Program-made: the position numbers and the translations under genes | Notes under the pieces: model-generated | What the model was told of the DNA's origin: nothing | Databases searched by the model: none | Seen by the model: the letters and a program-made list of their open reading frames with translations, nothing else | Part shown: piece by piece, positions 19,564 to 32,107 of the stretch | Layout of the letters: the number at the start of each line of letters is the position of its first letter | Position numbering within the stretch: the stretch's first letter is position 1 | IMG/VR virus record: IMGVR_UViG_3300028591_000071 | Length of the DNA: 64,000 bases | Source of the DNA: a virus | Taxonomy: Duplodnaviria > Caudoviricetes | Direction: 5' to 3' (one strand)

Positions 19564-22500
19564 TTATAGTTCAAGTTTATCTTCAAGTCTCTTTATCCTC
19601 TCCTTGAGTTCTTCATTCTCCCTATGGAGTTTGTCGATTGCCGCAAGAGCGATGATTGAGAGTCTGTCGTAAGATACACCGAGAACATCATTCTCTTCGT
19701 TTACTATCTCAGGATAAACCTTAGCGAGTTTCTGAGCGGATGTACCGATGTTCTTTGAACCGTGTCCGTCCTTCCAAGTGAAGTACTTCTTAGGTATTCC
19801 ACGAAGTGTTTCGAAATCAACGTCCACATCACCAATGAAGTCCTTGAGCCTTTCATCTGATGACTCATAGAGAAGTCCGTCATAGTACCAAGTGCTTGTC
19901 TCATAATGGACATTGTCGTAATTCTGAGAAGTGTTTCCTTGAACACCGAGGACATAATGCTTTGAAGTATTTGCGGTTATGGATGTTCCGGTTGAGATTG
20001 CACCCTCAGGCATTATGGCAGGTCCCTGTGGGCCTTGGTCTCCTATTGGCCCCTGAGGTCCCTGTGGTCCTACCGGTCCTTGTGGTCCCTGAGGTCCTAC
20101 CGGACCCTGAGGTCCCTGTGGTCCTACCGGTCCTTGTGGTCCCTGAGGTCCTACCGGACCCTGAGGTCCCTGAGGCCCTACCGGTCCTTGCGGTCCCTGA
20201 GGCCCTACCGGTCCTTGCGGTCCCTGAGGCCCTACCGGTCCTTGCGGTCCCTGAGGCCCTACCGGTCCTTGTGGTCCCTGAGGTCCTACCGGACCCTGAG
20301 GTCCCTGTGGTCCTACCGGACCCTGAGGTCCCTGTGGACCTTCCGGACCCTGTTTACCCACGTTAGCAACAACGGTAGACATGGTTTTACCGCTAATTAT
20401 TCCCGTCGATGGATTCTTTCCAGTAATTTTTACAACATTGAGATGTCCGTTTCCTTCGGTGTCGGTTCCGTAGAAAGTGAACATATCGCCAACTCTCGCT
20501 TGGAATCTAACATCGTTGGATTCCAATCCTGTTATATAAACAGTTTGTCCGGAACCTGAGTTGGAACCCGTAGTACCGGTCCATACAGTGTTACTCTTGT
20601 CATCCAGCGGTTCCGAGAACTTAATTGTGTAACCATCATCACCTACATATCCATCTTCTCCCTTAGGACCTTGACTACCTACGTTAGCAACAACGGTAGA
20701 TATCGTTTTACCGGTAATTCTTCCCTCTAATGGATTCTTTCCAGTAATTTCTACAACATTGAGATGTCCGTTTCCTTCGGTGTCGGTTCCGTAGAAAGTG
20801 AACATATCGCCAACTCTCGCTTGGAATCTAACATCGTTGGATTCTAAATTTGTTAAATAAACATATCGGCCAACACCTGAGTTGGAGCCCGTGGTACCTG
20901 TCCATACATCTTCTGACATACCATCCAGCGGTTCCGAGAACTTAATTGTGTAACCATCATCACCGACATATCCATCTTCTCCCTTAGGGCCTTCCGGACC
21001 CTGTGGTCCCTGACTACCCACGTTAGCCTTAACCGCAGACACGGTTATACCTGTGAGTCCTGTTCTATTGGTTTCTATATCAACTATCTGAACAACATTC
21101 AAGTGGCCATTTCCGTCAGTATCTGTTCCATAAAGTGTAAAATAATCGCCATTATCTACATCTATTAAATCAAGCGATTTAAGATTTGTTAAAAATACAT
21201 ATCGGCCAACTCCAGAATTGGAACCTGTAGTACCTGTCCATACGGTGTCGCTCTTGCCATCCAACGGCCTAGAGAATTTGATTCCACTACCATCATCACC
21301 GACATATCCATCTTCTCCCTTAGGGCCTTCAGGACCTTGTGGTCCTTGCTTACCATCTATTGCGTGAGGAATAACAAACTGTGCCATCGTGGCGTTAGCG
21401 TCATCATATGCAATTTTCACTAACACATCCCTGTTGGTCTGTTGAATACCACTGATACCGGCGATTCCACGTCCGTCGCCTCCCTTGTCACCCGTAGGCC
21501 CCTGAGGACCTTGGTCGCCCTTAAGTCCATAAGGACCCTGAGGGCCTTGGTCACCCTTAGAACCCTGTACACCGTCATAAATCGTAAATGCTGATTCAAG
21601 TCCATTGGACAACCTTAGGGTTGTGGTCACCGAACTCTCAATTCTTGTAGGGCTAACGCTCTCCACGCCAATACCTTGAGGTCCCTTCAATGAAACGGTC
21701 CTGACAAAGTTTTCATCGATAAGGATATTCAAGAATCCATCATCTCCGATGTATGCGTCACCATTTTCCTGACATAGCGCTGATGAAGATTTGACGCTGA
21801 GAGCGTATGTGTTATTTGTTGCACCCTGCTCATATTTAGCAGTTCCTATCATATCCCAATTAAGGCCACCGTCATATGATGCATATACTTTACCATCACT
21901 CCTTACATCGAGTTGAGGGGTAGTACCGTTAACACCGTTTGTTACAGTAAATGAACTGCTTGTATTATCAGTAAACCAAGTCTTATAAATGGTCTTTGCA
22001 GAATCGCTTTCAATTTCTACGGAGTGGATACCACGGCCCGTATCTCCCTTAGGTCCTAACGGGCCTTGTGGTCCCTGAGGACCTTGAGGGCCTAACGGGC
22101 CTTGTGGACCGTTCGTGAGAGTAAATGATGATGTAACATTATCACTGAGGACAATGTCGATTTGCTTTCCTTCACTTATGTCTGTAATGTTGACTTCTCC
22201 AACACCCCTTCCTTCAGGTCCCTGATGACCCTGAGGACCCTTTACATAGATATCGGTCTTGACCAAGGTGTTTGAAGAGAATACATAAATATATCCGTCT
22301 TCATCGCCAATGGTCATATCGCCCTCGTTCACACATTCGCCACTATTTGGTTTGAAATTGGTTGAAAAATAACTATTCGTTGCACCTTCTTCGAATCTGG
22401 CTGTGCCAATGGCTTCCCACGTAATACCGCTGTCATAAGATACTTCGACAGTTCCGTCGTTCCCGTCTATGCGGAGGTGTGGTTTTTCTCCCTGAGGACC

Positions 22501-23886
22501 CTGTTTACCGTTGCTATATTCAAATCCTGCGGTCAATCCATCGGTTGTTATGACATAAACGGTTCCTCCACTTCTATCAGGGCTAATTTCGCTCGTAATC
22601 TGCGAGATTCCCACGCTCTGCGGGCCCTGCCTACCCTGCAATCCATTCGTTATGGTAAATGCAGAAGACGTACCGTCACCAAGTACGATTTCAACTTCTT
22701 TTCCGTCATCCGTATCCGTTACATTAACCTCATCAATGCTTGTGCCCTTGAATCCCTGAGGTCCTAACGGGCCTTGTGGTCCCTGAGGTCCTACCGGACC
22801 CTCTGGTCCTTGAGGACCGTCCACTCCGATATGGCCATCCTCACCCTTGAGACCCTGAGGCCCTACTGGTCCTTGTGGTCCCTGAGGTCCGTCCACTCCG
22901 ATATGGCCATCCTCACCCTTGAGACCCTGTGGGCCTTGTGCACCGTCGTTTCCTACTATCTTCACGGTCTTGTCAAACCTTGTTCCGTTGAAGATATAGA
23001 GATATCCGTCATCACCAATGTATGCGTCTCCAATCTCAGTACAGTCTTCAGGGGTCGGCTTAACCGATAGGCTGAACACATTTAGGTTCTTGAAGGAAAC
23101 ATTGTCTCCATTCGGCTTCGTAATAACCACTTCCTGGGTTTCACTGTTCACTACGACATCAATGTTTGCCATCTCTTTCTCGAGAGTAACCGTAGATGAT
23201 GATAGTTCCCTAACGTCACCGGAGAGATTGTATAAATTTGTTTCAATGTTTACCGTCGATGCGGACAGTTCACTGACATCCCCCGAAAGGGTGTACAAAT
23301 TCCCTTCGATGTTTACCGTTGATGCTGATAATTCTGAAACATCTCCCGAAAGGGTGTACAAATTTCCTTCAATTACTACGGTAGATGCTGACAACTCGCT
23401 TACATCACCTGAAAGGGTATATAAGTTCCCCTCGATATTCACCGTGGATGCCGACAGTTCCCCAACATCGCCCGAAAGGGTGTATAGATTACCCTCAATT
23501 ATTACGGTAGATGCCGACAGTCCCGATACGTCGGTTGAAAGTCCTGTCACCTGATTGATAAGCGATATCGTCTCTCCGCTATGGGCTTCAATCCACGCAT
23601 AGATTTCCTGAAGCGTATCAAATGCCTCCGGTGCACCGCTGACGATAAAGTTGACAACCCTTCCGCTTGCCGCCGCGATTTGAGACATTATCGCCTCGCT
23701 TGAATCGAAAGGAATCAACTCGCCATATGAATTTCTTATGTATAACTGCTCGTTTCCGTCCTGAGCGTTAATCACCAACTCGCCTACTTCTATTCGTGGA
23801 CTGTTATATTTACTTTCTATTGAAAGAATCGTCGAATCGTTTTCTGAGATAGAATAAACAATTGGTAATGAAACCTGTCTTCTCAT
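19564..23886 (-). CDS. collagen-like tail fibre with C-terminal S74 intramolecular chaperone
   Basis: many GPQ triplets, coiled-coil repeats, SSDERLK...V.YDRL C-terminus. Confidence 0.85.
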   Translation of the reverse strand: MRRQVSLPIVYSISENDSTILSIESKYNSPRIEVGELVINAQDGNEQLYIRNSYGELIPFDSSEAIMSQIAAASGRVVNFIVSGAPEAFDTLQEIYAWIEAHSGETISLINQVTGLSTDVSGLSASTVIIEGNLYTLSGDVGELSASTVNIEGNLYTLSGDVSELSASTVVIEGNLYTLSGDVSELSASTVNIEGNLYTLSGDVSELSASTVNIETNLYNLSGDVRELSSSTVTLEKEMANIDVVVNSETQEVVITKPNGDNVSFKNLNVFSLSVKPTPEDCTEIGDAYIGDDGYLYIFNGTRFDKTVKIVGNDGAQGPQGLKGEDGHIGVDGPQGPQGPVGPQGLKGEDGHIGVDGPQGPEGPVGPQGPQGPLGPQGFKGTSIDEVNVTDTDDGKEVEIVLGDGTSSAFTITNGLQGRQGPQSVGISQITSEISPDRSGGTVYVITTDGLTAGFEYSNGKQGPQGEKPHLRIDGNDGTVEVSYDSGITWEAIGTARFEEGATNSYFSTNFKPNSGECVNEGDMTIGDEDGYIYVFSSNTLVKTDIYVKGPQGHQGPEGRGVGEVNITDISEGKQIDIVLSDNVTSSFTLTNGPQGPLGPQGPQGPQGPLGPKGDTGRGIHSVEIESDSAKTIYKTWFTDNTSSSFTVTNGVNGTTPQLDVRSDGKVYASYDGGLNWDMIGTAKYEQGATNNTYALSVKSSSALCQENGDAYIGDDGFLNILIDENFVRTVSLKGPQGIGVESVSPTRIESSVTTTLRLSNGLESAFTIYDGVQGSKGDQGPQGPYGLKGDQGPQGPTGDKGGDGRGIAGISGIQQTNRDVLVKIAYDDANATMAQFVIPHAIDGKQGPQGPEGPKGEDGYVGDDGSGIKFSRPLDGKSDTVWTGTTGSNSGVGRYVFLTNLKSLDLIDVDNGDYFTLYGTDTDGNGHLNVVQIVDIETNRTGLTGITVSAVKANVGSQGPQGPEGPKGEDGYVGDDGYTIKFSEPLDGMSEDVWTGTTGSNSGVGRYVYLTNLESNDVRFQARVGDMFTFYGTDTEGNGHLNVVEITGKNPLEGRITGKTISTVVANVGSQGPKGEDGYVGDDGYTIKFSEPLDDKSNTVWTGTTGSNSGSGQTVYITGLESNDVRFQARVGDMFTFYGTDTEGNGHLNVVKITGKNPSTGIISGKTMSTVVANVGKQGPEGPQGPQGPVGPQGPQGPVGPQGPQGPVGPQGPQGPVGPQGPQGPVGPQGPQGPVGPQGPQGPVGPQGPQGPVGPQGPQGPVGPQGPQGPVGPQGPQGPIGDQGPQGPAIMPEGAISTGTSITANTSKHYVLGVQGNTSQNYDNVHYETSTWYYDGLLYESSDERLKDFIGDVDVDFETLRGIPKKYFTWKDGHGSKNIGTSAQKLAKVYPEIVNEENDVLGVSYDRLSIIALAAIDKLHRENEELKERIKRLEDKLEL
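20023..20357 (-). repeat. 27-bp tandem repeat encoding GPVGPQGPQ collagen units
   Basis: about 11 near-identical copies. Confidence 0.9.
20360..21330 (-). repeat. three ~100-aa domain repeats in the fibre
   Basis: [17 protein letters not shown]...[10 protein letters not shown]...[12 protein letters not shown] occurs three times. Confidence 0.85.
23185..23530 (-). repeat. 63-bp (21-aa) coiled-coil tandem repeat
   Basis: [21 protein letters not shown] about five times. Confidence 0.85.
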
Positions 23887-23918
23887 ATGATTAATAACTT
23901 ATAATCGCATTATTTTAC

Positions 23919-23928
23919 TATAAATAGT
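23919..23928 (-). promoter_or_regulatory. putative late promoter ACTATTTATA (representative copy)
   Basis: same motif just upstream of starts near 12461, 18594, 24342, 25040, 28038, 43561, 50837, 56316, 61356 (-) and 17483, 36147, 60517 (+). Confidence 0.65.
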
Positions 23929-23998
23929 TAGAATACGAAGAAAACAGATTACCCCCGTAAAAATAAAAAAACGGACAATCGCTTGCCCGTTGGATTAT

Positions 23999-24322
23999 CT
24001 AAAATAAAACTAATGAGAGATTTGCCGAACCGAGTATCACACCCGCTATGACACCTATCAAGGAACAGATAAAATCGTGTTCTTCGTGCTCGCTTCCCCG
24101 TTTCTTGTCAAAAATACATTTACTGCTCACAAGCAGAAAACTTATGGCCATAGCGATAAGCGGCTTAAAGAAAATCATAAAAAATATTACGAGAAGCCCG
24201 GATGTCTCCATATTGATGAGCCCGTCTTTTCCTATCCAGTCAATTCCCCGACGGCTTCTTTCCTTCAATTGTTCAAACTGTCCCTTAAAGAATTGGCAAA
24301 TTTTGTTAAATGTTTTACTCAT
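23999..24322 (-). CDS. small membrane protein
   Basis: hydrophobic segments; late motif. Confidence 0.55.
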   Translation of the reverse strand: MSKTFNKICQFFKGQFEQLKERSRRGIDWIGKDGLINMETSGLLVIFFMIFFKPLIAMAISFLLVSSKCIFDKKRGSEHEEHDFICSLIGVIAGVILGSANLSLVLF

Positions 24323-24360
24323 AGTGCATTATGTTTCCAGCTATAAATAGTAGGAAAACA

Positions 24361-25023
24361 CTAAAATTTCAAGATACCTGATACCCCGATATAGTCATTT
24401 TTAGAATTGAAGCCCCGTTGATACCTAAGCGATGCTCCGTACTTCTCATTATAAAAAATACCCGTACCAATTTCTCCGACATTATCAGGCATCTCACTCC
24501 AAGGATTAGTCGAGTAACCAACTTCCACGAACGGAGACCATTTCTTTACGCTGTATATCGTTTTCGTCACTTCCTTTATTGCAGGAGAATATTCATATCC
24601 GATAGATTTCAGCCTGTTATACTGAACCGTGGCATTGACTGAACACTTCCCGAGCGTATCGAAATCGAACAGTTTCTCATTGTATTCCCTCGCAGTCGCC
24701 CAATCTCTCAATATTGCGGTGGTATCATCCTTCGTTATCTCGATTATCTCCTTCTCCTTCGGCCATAATTCCTTATAGACGCCATCGGCGATGCATTTCC
24801 TTATAATGTCCAACGTATCGGCAGGCGTCTTTACCGCATATGGCTTAAGATTGTATAAGGTATCGTGAATCGATTCCCCTTCAATATATTCTACTACGGT
24901 TTTAGGCTCGGGAATTTTGACTGTCTTCCTTCCGCTGACCCATCCGGCAGCAAAAAGAAGTGTGCATATGCCCGCATAAAACCCATACTTTAAGATGTTT
25001 GCTATATTTTTTAATGCTCCCAT
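24361..25023 (-). CDS. membrane-anchored protein, possibly spanin-like
   Basis: N-terminal TM, beta-rich C-terminus ending in F. Confidence 0.5.
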   Translation of the reverse strand: MGALKNIANILKYGFYAGICTLLFAAGWVSGRKTVKIPEPKTVVEYIEGESIHDTLYNLKPYAVKTPADTLDIIRKCIADGVYKELWPKEKEIIEITKDDTTAILRDWATAREYNEKLFDFDTLGKCSVNATVQYNRLKSIGYEYSPAIKEVTKTIYSVKKWSPFVEVGYSTNPWSEMPDNVGEIGTGIFYNEKYGASLRYQRGFNSKNDYIGVSGILKF

Positions 25024-25110
25024 AACGTGTATATTTTTATATAAATAGCACGGACCTCGCAAGAAGCCCGTGCCATCATTTACTTAACTATTATGTCGTA
25101 CAAAGCGCTA

Positions 25111-27012
25111 CTACGCCTTTGAAAATGGATTGGAACCACCGGAGAAGTCCATACCCGAGAAAGGATTTCCCTGTGCTCCACTTCCCGGCTCACTATTTCC
25201 CCCTCCAGATTTGTACAATCCTTCGGCAATAGGATTCCATACCTTTTCGAGTTCGCCGACTCCGCTCTCAGCGTCTTCAACCCTCTTTTCATTTACTGCA
25301 TCTCTAATAACCTTTATTTTCTCTTGGAGTTCCTTCTTCTGTTCCTCGGTAATCTTACCTTCTTCGAGGTCATTGACCGCCTTCTCAACCATGAAAGCAT
25401 AAGCATCTGCATTGTTAAGTTTTGATGCTGTTTCAAGGGTCTTCTTATCCTCTTCAGCGTGCTCCTCCGCTTCTTTCTTCATCCTCTCAATATCCTCGTC
25501 CGTGAGTGATGATTTTGATTCAATCTTGATATGCTGTTCCTTACCCGTTCCCTTGTCTGTCGCGGATACGGAGAGAATACCGTTCGTGTCAATGTCAAAG
25601 GTAACCTCAATCTGTGGGATGCCTCTCCTTGCAGGCGCAATTCCGTCAAGGGTGAATACACCAATCTGCTTATTATCATTAGTCATCGGCCTGTTGCCCT
25701 GTGCGACAACGATGGTAACCGCAGGCTGATTGTCTTCCGCAGTTGTGAATATCTGACTCCTCTTGCAAGGGATTGTGGTATTGGCCTCAATGACCTTCGC
25801 CATGACTCCGCCAAGGGTATCGATACCAAGCGAAAGTGGAGTTACATCAAGTAGAAGGATATCGGTAACTTCGCCGGCAATGATTCCACCTTGAATTGCT
25901 GCACCAAGAGCGACAGCCTCATCCGGATTTACTCCCTTATTTGGCTCTTTTCCAAATAATTTTTTAACCTCTTCTTGTATTTTAGGAATACGCGTTGAAC
26001 CGCCAACGAGTATTACCTCGTCAATGTCTGATGGAGAAAGATTTTTATCAGATAAAGCCTTTTTACAAGGGGCAACGGTTTTTTCAATCAAATCAGAAAT
26101 TAATGACTCAAATTTTGCTTTTGTCAATGTTTTTACCAAATGTTGCGGCTGTCCGTCAATTGCTGTTATATAAGGAAGATTGATTTCTGTTGAATTTTGG
26201 TTTGACAGTTCTATCTTTGCCTTTTCTGCAGATTCTTTAATTCTCTGAAGAGCCATAGGGTCTTTCTTAAGGTCAACGCCAGTGCCTTTTTTGAAATCTT
26301 CACATAGCCAATCAATTATTTTTTGGTCAAAATCATCTCCGCCGAGATGTGTGTCTCCATTTGTGGACAAAACCTCAAAAACGCCATCGCCTATTTCAAG
26401 AATTGAAATATCGTAAGTTCCCTGTCCGATATCAAACACAGCTATTTTTTTGTTTTCACCTATTTTGTCCATTCCATATGCCAATGCTGCTGCTGTCGGC
26501 TCATTAATTATTCGTCTGACATTAAGCCCGGCTATTATACCGGCCTCCTTTGTGGCTTCTCTTTGTGAATCCGAAAAATAAGCCGGAACGGTTATGACGG
26601 CATCCGTTACCTCTTCACCAAGATAATCTTCCGCGCTCTTTTTAAGGTTTTGAAGAACCATGGCGGATATTTCCTGTGGGGTATATTCTTTTCCGTCGAT
26701 TTTAACTATTGGGTATCCGTTCTTATTCTTTTCAATGTCATATGTCACCCTTGATTTTTCTTCTTTTACCAGGTCGTATGGCTCACCCATAAGTCTTTTT
26801 ATTGAATAGACAGTGTTCTTTGGATTCGTCACCGATTGCCTTTTTGCAGAAGAACCAACTTTTCGTTCATCTTTGGAAAACCCAACAACAGACGGGGTTG
26901 TTCTATTTCCTTCTGAATTTATTATTACAACTGGTTTACCGCCCTCCATTACCGCAATACACGAATTTCCGGTACCAAGGTCAATTCCTACTATCTTTTT
27001 ACTTTTGCTCAT
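25111..27012 (-). CDS. dnaK: Hsp70 chaperone DnaK
   Basis: [38 protein letters not shown]. Confidence 0.97.
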   Translation of the reverse strand: MSKSKKIVGIDLGTGNSCIAVMEGGKPVVIINSEGNRTTPSVVGFSKDERKVGSSAKRQSVTNPKNTVYSIKRLMGEPYDLVKEEKSRVTYDIEKNKNGYPIVKIDGKEYTPQEISAMVLQNLKKSAEDYLGEEVTDAVITVPAYFSDSQREATKEAGIIAGLNVRRIINEPTAAALAYGMDKIGENKKIAVFDIGQGTYDISILEIGDGVFEVLSTNGDTHLGGDDFDQKIIDWLCEDFKKGTGVDLKKDPMALQRIKESAEKAKIELSNQNSTEINLPYITAIDGQPQHLVKTLTKAKFESLISDLIEKTVAPCKKALSDKNLSPSDIDEVILVGGSTRIPKIQEEVKKLFGKEPNKGVNPDEAVALGAAIQGGIIAGEVTDILLLDVTPLSLGIDTLGGVMAKVIEANTTIPCKRSQIFTTAEDNQPAVTIVVAQGNRPMTNDNKQIGVFTLDGIAPARRGIPQIEVTFDIDTNGILSVSATDKGTGKEQHIKIESKSSLTDEDIERMKKEAEEHAEEDKKTLETASKLNNADAYAFMVEKAVNDLEEGKITEEQKKELQEKIKVIRDAVNEKRVEDAESGVGELEKVWNPIAEGLYKSGGGNSEPGSGAQGNPFSGMDFSGGSNPFSKA

Positions 27013-28030
27013 TTTTATAAGTGTTTATAATTTCAATTATTTTTTCTCTAAATTCTTTTTCATTGAGATATACTTTGTCAATAAATGTGCTAAAATCTAC
27101 ATTTTTTTCGTATGAAAAATAAAGTATTGTTATTCCATTCGCCCTGCACTCATTATATTTTTCCGAATCAAGTTCTATAGTTCTAAGATGTTTCTCAATC
27201 CCCCCGAGATATTTAACCGGATTAACATGCTGCGCACCTTGATGCTCAATTGCGAGATTATATTTTGGAATATAAAAATCTATTGATTTGTTATTCGATA
27301 ACCACGAATCTTTATATTGTCTTACAATATCTTGTTCATTAAAAATAGTTAGTAGAAAAATGTATAATCTGTTTTCGTATACAAATCCTTCCGCTTTACA
27401 AATTGGGCATCCACGGCCCCTTAAATGGTTGTGTGGAGCACATAAAAAATCTCCATGTTTCCTACATGTTATAATAACTTTTGTGGATGTGTTATAATAA
27501 ACAACTTTGTCATAGTCGTACTTTCCGTTAAATAATTCTGTGGCCTCTTTAACAAAATCTTCTCCCTTTTTTACAAAAAAATCATGCCTTTTTTTGTTTG
27601 CACATTCAGGACACCCAGATTTTTGGTTAAGATGTTCGTATGGCCGCTGCAAAAATTCTCCGTGTGTTGGACATATGATGCGTACGGGAGTATTCTTATT
27701 TTTATAAACTACTTTAGAATAGTCATACTTATCTCCGTGAATTTCCTTCGCTTCGTTTATGAATGATTCTGTGTTGTATTTTTTTCGTAAATTATAAGTC
27801 TTTTTCTTATTTTTATTAACTTCACTGCATTTTTTATTACCACACAATCTACATCCATGCCCATTTAAATGGGCTTTTGGTGTTTGCAAAAATTCTCCAT
27901 GCTCTGGACAAACAATGACTACCTTCGTTAATTGATTTACATATTCAACCTTAGAGTAATCATATTTATCCCCATGCACAGCCCTTGCATCAGCAATAAA
28001 CTCTTCCTTTGTTTTTCTTTTTGTACTCAT
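26999..28030 (-). CDS. DUF723-type zinc-ribbon repeat homing endonuclease
   Basis: three [17 protein letters not shown]...GC..C repeats plus C-terminal IDFY....AIE.QG.QH nuclease. Confidence 0.8.
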   Translation of the reverse strand: MSTKRKTKEEFIADARAVHGDKYDYSKVEYVNQLTKVVIVCPEHGEFLQTPKAHLNGHGCRLCGNKKCSEVNKNKKKTYNLRKKYNTESFINEAKEIHGDKYDYSKVVYKNKNTPVRIICPTHGEFLQRPYEHLNQKSGCPECANKKRHDFFVKKGEDFVKEATELFNGKYDYDKVVYYNTSTKVIITCRKHGDFLCAPHNHLRGRGCPICKAEGFVYENRLYIFLLTIFNEQDIVRQYKDSWLSNNKSIDFYIPKYNLAIEHQGAQHVNPVKYLGGIEKHLRTIELDSEKYNECRANGITILYFSYEKNVDFSTFIDKVYLNEKEFREKIIEIINTYKNEQK

Positions 28031-28074
28031 ACTATTAATAAATAGTACCTAATACCAAAAAATTAGGTAGTACG

Positions 28075-28521
28075 TTAAAACAATTTTTCTTTTATATATT
28101 CACTTGCCGTTTTTCCGTCATATTGGCCAGCATAACGCTCCCTGAGCAACTTCATTACATTGCCCATATCTTTCATTGAAGATGCACCAAGTTCTACTAC
28201 AATATCGTCAATCGCCGAATGTAGTTCTTCTTCACTAAGCGACTTTGGAAGATAATTCATTAGAACAAACATCTCTTTCTGTTCCTTATCAGCCAATTCG
28301 TGCCTTCCTGCCTGTGCATAGATTTCTATACTCTCCTGACGCTGCTTAACGAGTTTCTGAATCAATTTAACAATGTCGTTGTCAGTCAATTCATGATAAA
28401 CCCCATTAACCTTTTCATTCTGAATCGCAGCCTTTACAGACCTCAATGCAGCAATGGCATTTTCCTGATGCCCCTTCATGGCAGAAACCAAATCTGCCTG
28501 TAATGTCTTTTCAAATTCCAT
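28075..28521 (-). CDS. GatB/YqeY domain protein
   Basis: KQRQESIEIY...GR.ELA.KE, YLPK.LSEEE, KDMGNVM. Confidence 0.9.
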   Translation of the reverse strand: MEFEKTLQADLVSAMKGHQENAIAALRSVKAAIQNEKVNGVYHELTDNDIVKLIQKLVKQRQESIEIYAQAGRHELADKEQKEMFVLMNYLPKSLSEEELHSAIDDIVVELGASSMKDMGNVMKLLRERYAGQYDGKTASEYIKEKLF

Positions 28522-28611
28522 ACTTTTAATATACAAAATTTTTAAGCAAAAACAAACAAAAATGGCGAGGAAAAACCTCGCCACCCCTGCTAAATCACAC
28601 CTAATTATAAA

Positions 28612-29808
28612 TTATTCCTTAACGCTCGTGGTTACGATTGAAACACGGCTTGCCTCAGGAACATCATTTACATCGAACTTCACATCGGTCGTGACGCTCT
28701 TCACACCCTTTGATTTAAGGTATGCAGCAACAACATCTGCACGATTCTTTGCGAGTTTGTCATTGAAAGCACGAGTGCCTGTTCCGAGGTCGGCTGAGCC
28801 AGTAACAAGGACGACATCACCCTCTCCGAGACTTTCAACGAAAGCATCAAGAAGACCCTTGTCGGACCTGTCAAGAGCATATGACCCACGCTTGAAAACT
28901 ACGGTAGTTGCAGGCTTTGCTTCTGCATAGACAACCTTCTCGTGCTCAACAACACGCTCGGTAACAACTTCCTTGGTAACTTCCTTAACCTTAGGATTCT
29001 GCTCAAGTTCGGCAATACGAGCAAGTGCAGCGTCATAATCTGACTGTGTTACGGAATAAGGGCAAAGGACAAAATTATGGCTCTTCTTTGAACGTGAACC
29101 AAACTTATAGGTTACGCCTGCCTGAACACCAACGCGAGCGTCCTTTCCCCAAGTTGCGAGGGGCTGATACTCACCATTCTTCTTGTTGAACCAAGTAACA
29201 TTAGGACGAACGGTAATCTGCCATGCACGAGCCTTACCAAGATTGGTATTCAGTTCAAGACCCGCCCTGTAAGCAACATAATTCTTATCGGTTGCAGGTA
29301 CAACGGTATTCTCAATATTGACATCGCGTCCATACACGGTCTCGAGGCCGTCGGAAGGATAACTTGTCCAAGTCTGTCCTTCGCCAACATAATCATGACC
29401 CCATCCGAGTCCGCCGACAAGCACGAGTTCAACCCTGCGTGGCTGTCCCTTATATCCGCCAAACCAATTGGAGAGATTCAACTTTCCATTTCCAAGAACA
29501 AGACTCTCGTTGAAGAAAGTGGTTGAAGTAGTAGTGCCTATATAACCAAGGCCCTCTACGCTGAATCCAACTGTAGGGGTGATATATTTTCCGAGTTCAA
29601 CACCGATTGTCGGGCGAACACCATTGAATATACCCTTTGCGCCATCCCAGAAGAAAGGAGTGGTGACATTCTGAAATTGTCCCGTGGTTGTTGCGCCGCC
29701 AAGGACCGTAACATAAGTGTTTTCAAAGAGCTTTGAGCTCTGAACCGTTTGTGCGGAAGCCATTACAACAATGAGCAAACCCGCAATAATTGCAAAAATT
29801 TTTTTCAT
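28612..29808 (-). CDS. OmpA-family outer membrane protein
   Basis: signal peptide, beta-barrel, G.AD..TG...N.KLA..RA..V...L C-domain. Confidence 0.85.
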   Translation of the reverse strand: MKKIFAIIAGLLIVVMASAQTVQSSKLFENTYVTVLGGATTTGQFQNVTTPFFWDGAKGIFNGVRPTIGVELGKYITPTVGFSVEGLGYIGTTTSTTFFNESLVLGNGKLNLSNWFGGYKGQPRRVELVLVGGLGWGHDYVGEGQTWTSYPSDGLETVYGRDVNIENTVVPATDKNYVAYRAGLELNTNLGKARAWQITVRPNVTWFNKKNGEYQPLATWGKDARVGVQAGVTYKFGSRSKKSHNFVLCPYSVTQSDYDAALARIAELEQNPKVKEVTKEVVTERVVEHEKVVYAEAKPATTVVFKRGSYALDRSDKGLLDAFVESLGEGDVVLVTGSADLGTGTRAFNDKLAKNRADVVAAYLKSKGVKSVTTDVKFDVNDVPEASRVSIVTTSVKE

Positions 29809-29854
29809 ATTTTTTGATGTTAAAAAATGGGGGAGATTTCTCTCCCCGTTATTA

Positions 29855-31006
29855 TTAATAGTCGTAGTAAGGGTCCGTATATGAACGGGAAGTATCGTAA
29901 ACGCTCGGTTTCGTGTCAGGATTCTCGACATAGACATGGCGATAGCGATGCTGACGTTCCTTGTCCTTCAAGAGAAGATACCCCTCTTCGAGGTCAATAT
30001 CCACGAGTGTATACCTACTGTCTTTGCAGATAGGATAGCCTTTCTTGAGGGACTTTAACGGCTTATTGGTATAAAGCGTGTCATATGACGGTCTCCAATC
30101 CGCGTCGATGGAATAGGACAGTTTGCACTGCTTCATGAACTTGTCCTTGTCAACGCCATCTGCGGGCTTGCCGTCGTAGATGTCCACAAACCAACTCCTG
30201 ATATAGTAGGAGTAATTCGCCTCCTTGACATTGAAGAACCTCTTAAACTCCTCGACTCCGCAGTCGTGCAGATTCACCTCATCAACGATACTCTTTACGA
30301 TGTCGATGGTCGCCATGGTGAGTGTATCGATGAACTCCATAATCTCATCCTTGTACTTAGGACGACGGAGATTGTCATTGACATACTCCTCAAGGATATT
30401 GCGGTCAATCACATCGCCGAAAGACTTGAGATAACGGATACGGGACGGGCGACTGAGAAGATTGTCGTTGACCTTCAACTCGTTGGTCGTGAGAAGGAAC
30501 ACATGACAGTTGTTGCCGCTATAAACACCGTCCATGACGGAAAGAAGGTCCTCGCCTGCACAGTTGTCGTCGTCTCCGCACTCAACGCGGAAGTTCTTCT
30601 CGAACTCGTCGAAGAAAAATACGCAGTCGTGATTGATAGATGCAAGGAAATTTGCGAGACCGCCATAAGGCTTATCACAAATGATAACAGGCAGGCCGAG
30701 TTTGTTAGCAAGATACTTGGCGGTAACGGTCTTACCCGTTCCCTTTGCGCCGTTCAACAGGACGCCAAGATTGTGTTTGTGCTCCTGCTTGTTATAAGTT
30801 GTAAGAACATGGTTGACGAGTTTTTCATCAATACCATAAAGCTTGAACCCGAATTCAAACTTATCACCAATCTTCTCAAGGAATATCTCACCCGTAATTG
30901 GGTTCTGAACGGTCTGATAAATGCCGTCATCAAGTGTCTCGGAAACATTGAAATTTCCATCGGTCATCGTATAAATCGGACCTCTCTGCAAAAAAACTTT
31001 TCCCAT
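29855..31006 (-). CDS. AAA+ ATPase
   Basis: GAKGTGKT, FFDEFEK, TTN, RPSR. Confidence 0.85.
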   Translation of the reverse strand: MGKVFLQRGPIYTMTDGNFNVSETLDDGIYQTVQNPITGEIFLEKIGDKFEFGFKLYGIDEKLVNHVLTTYNKQEHKHNLGVLLNGAKGTGKTVTAKYLANKLGLPVIICDKPYGGLANFLASINHDCVFFFDEFEKNFRVECGDDDNCAGEDLLSVMDGVYSGNNCHVFLLTTNELKVNDNLLSRPSRIRYLKSFGDVIDRNILEEYVNDNLRRPKYKDEIMEFIDTLTMATIDIVKSIVDEVNLHDCGVEEFKRFFNVKEANYSYYIRSWFVDIYDGKPADGVDKDKFMKQCKLSYSIDADWRPSYDTLYTNKPLKSLKKGYPICKDSRYTLVDIDLEEGYLLLKDKERQHRYRHVYVENPDTKPSVYDTSRSYTDPYYDY

Positions 31007-31062
31007 ACTAAATTTTTATCAAGTTTATCAAATATACAATATTAGTTTTAGAAATCAAAATC

Positions 31063-31287
31063 TCAATCAACTATTTTGACAAATACCCCGTATGAATACC
31101 ACATCGTGTCGGACAAATCATCCTCAGACTTACACATGTACTGTTCAAGATATCGGTCTAAATTGCTCCTGTGAATGGTCATTGAACCATTATCGAAATC
31201 TATCACATCCGAAGCACCCTTTATGCGGTCGGAGAAGTTTTGGTCTGTCTTGACCAAATCCTTGAATGCGTCAAGCGTCAATTTCAT
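31063..31287 (-). CDS. hypothetical protein
   Basis: ATGA overlap. Confidence 0.55.
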   Translation of the reverse strand: MKLTLDAFKDLVKTDQNFSDRIKGASDVIDFDNGSMTIHRSNLDRYLEQYMCKSEDDLSDTMWYSYGVFVKIVD

Positions 31288-31715
31288 TTTGAAATGTCTA
31301 TTCTGATTGTTCTTCCGTTCTGTTCTACCGCCTCTATGGCCGAATTACTTATCACCTTCATCGACCTGTACCTGCATGGTATCACGGGCTGTTCGCTCAT
31401 ATGTGAGTAACATAGCGACAGGTCAACCGCACCCCATAGTCCGTTTTTCTTCACCGGCACCAATGTGAATCTGCTGTTGTACATATCATCATATTGTGCA
31501 GGGATAACCACTCCGAGGTGACCGCTGTTGTGACAGAACCCTATCTTGCCCGTTTGGTCATCCTGAAATGCAAGCAATCGATATCCTATCGGCGGAAGGA
31601 TAAGGGTGACATCTTCCTTGGAAATCTCGGCGCCGACCCCGTACCTTACATACGGGGCAAACGACGCTGCAAGAATGATAATAAAAAAGAATAGAATGTA
31701 GAACGGTTTTCTCAT
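31284..31715 (-). CDS. WG-repeat secreted protein
   Basis: signal/TM; VIPAQYD and NGLWG repeats. Confidence 0.6.
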   Translation of the reverse strand: MRKPFYILFFFIIILAASFAPYVRYGVGAEISKEDVTLILPPIGYRLLAFQDDQTGKIGFCHNSGHLGVVIPAQYDDMYNSRFTLVPVKKNGLWGAVDLSLCYSHMSEQPVIPCRYRSMKVISNSAIEAVEQNGRTIRIDISK

Positions 31716-31717
31716 CT

Positions 31718-32062
31718 TTATCGGCACATCTTGACGAAAATGTTCCTCTTCACCCGATAAGGTATTTCAATCTCCTTGTTGAGGGCGTTGTTTACGAAAA
31801 GAAGGACCGCTGCATAGTCGTTTGCGGACAAGTCTTCAATCTTCTCGCCGCATCTGTTGCCGTTCCATCCATAAGCGTTGATGTAACCGTCCTGAAGGTC
31901 GAGTTTGACAGAATGTACCTTCGGTCTTGAGAGATTTCCGCCGTTGGCGTTGAGCCAATTGACATAGTTGGCTATAGAGATGGTGCGAAGGCCACGAACC
32001 TTCATAATCTGCTTCAGAGTTCCGCGACTCTGTTCCTTGTTGTAATCAAATTTGTTCTTCAT
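31718..32062 (-). CDS. hypothetical protein
   Basis: follows the sigma54-like motif at 32091. Confidence 0.55.
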   Translation of the reverse strand: MKNKFDYNKEQSRGTLKQIMKVRGLRTISIANYVNWLNANGGNLSRPKVHSVKLDLQDGYINAYGWNGNRCGEKIEDLSANDYAAVLLFVNNALNKEIEIPYRVKRNIFVKMCR

Positions 32063-32107
32063 AACCGTAAAAAAATATAAATAAACTACTTCAAATATCG
32101 TGCCAAA

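Noticed and set aside
20023-20357. CRISPR array
   Set aside because: Tandem in-frame collagen repeats with no unique spacers
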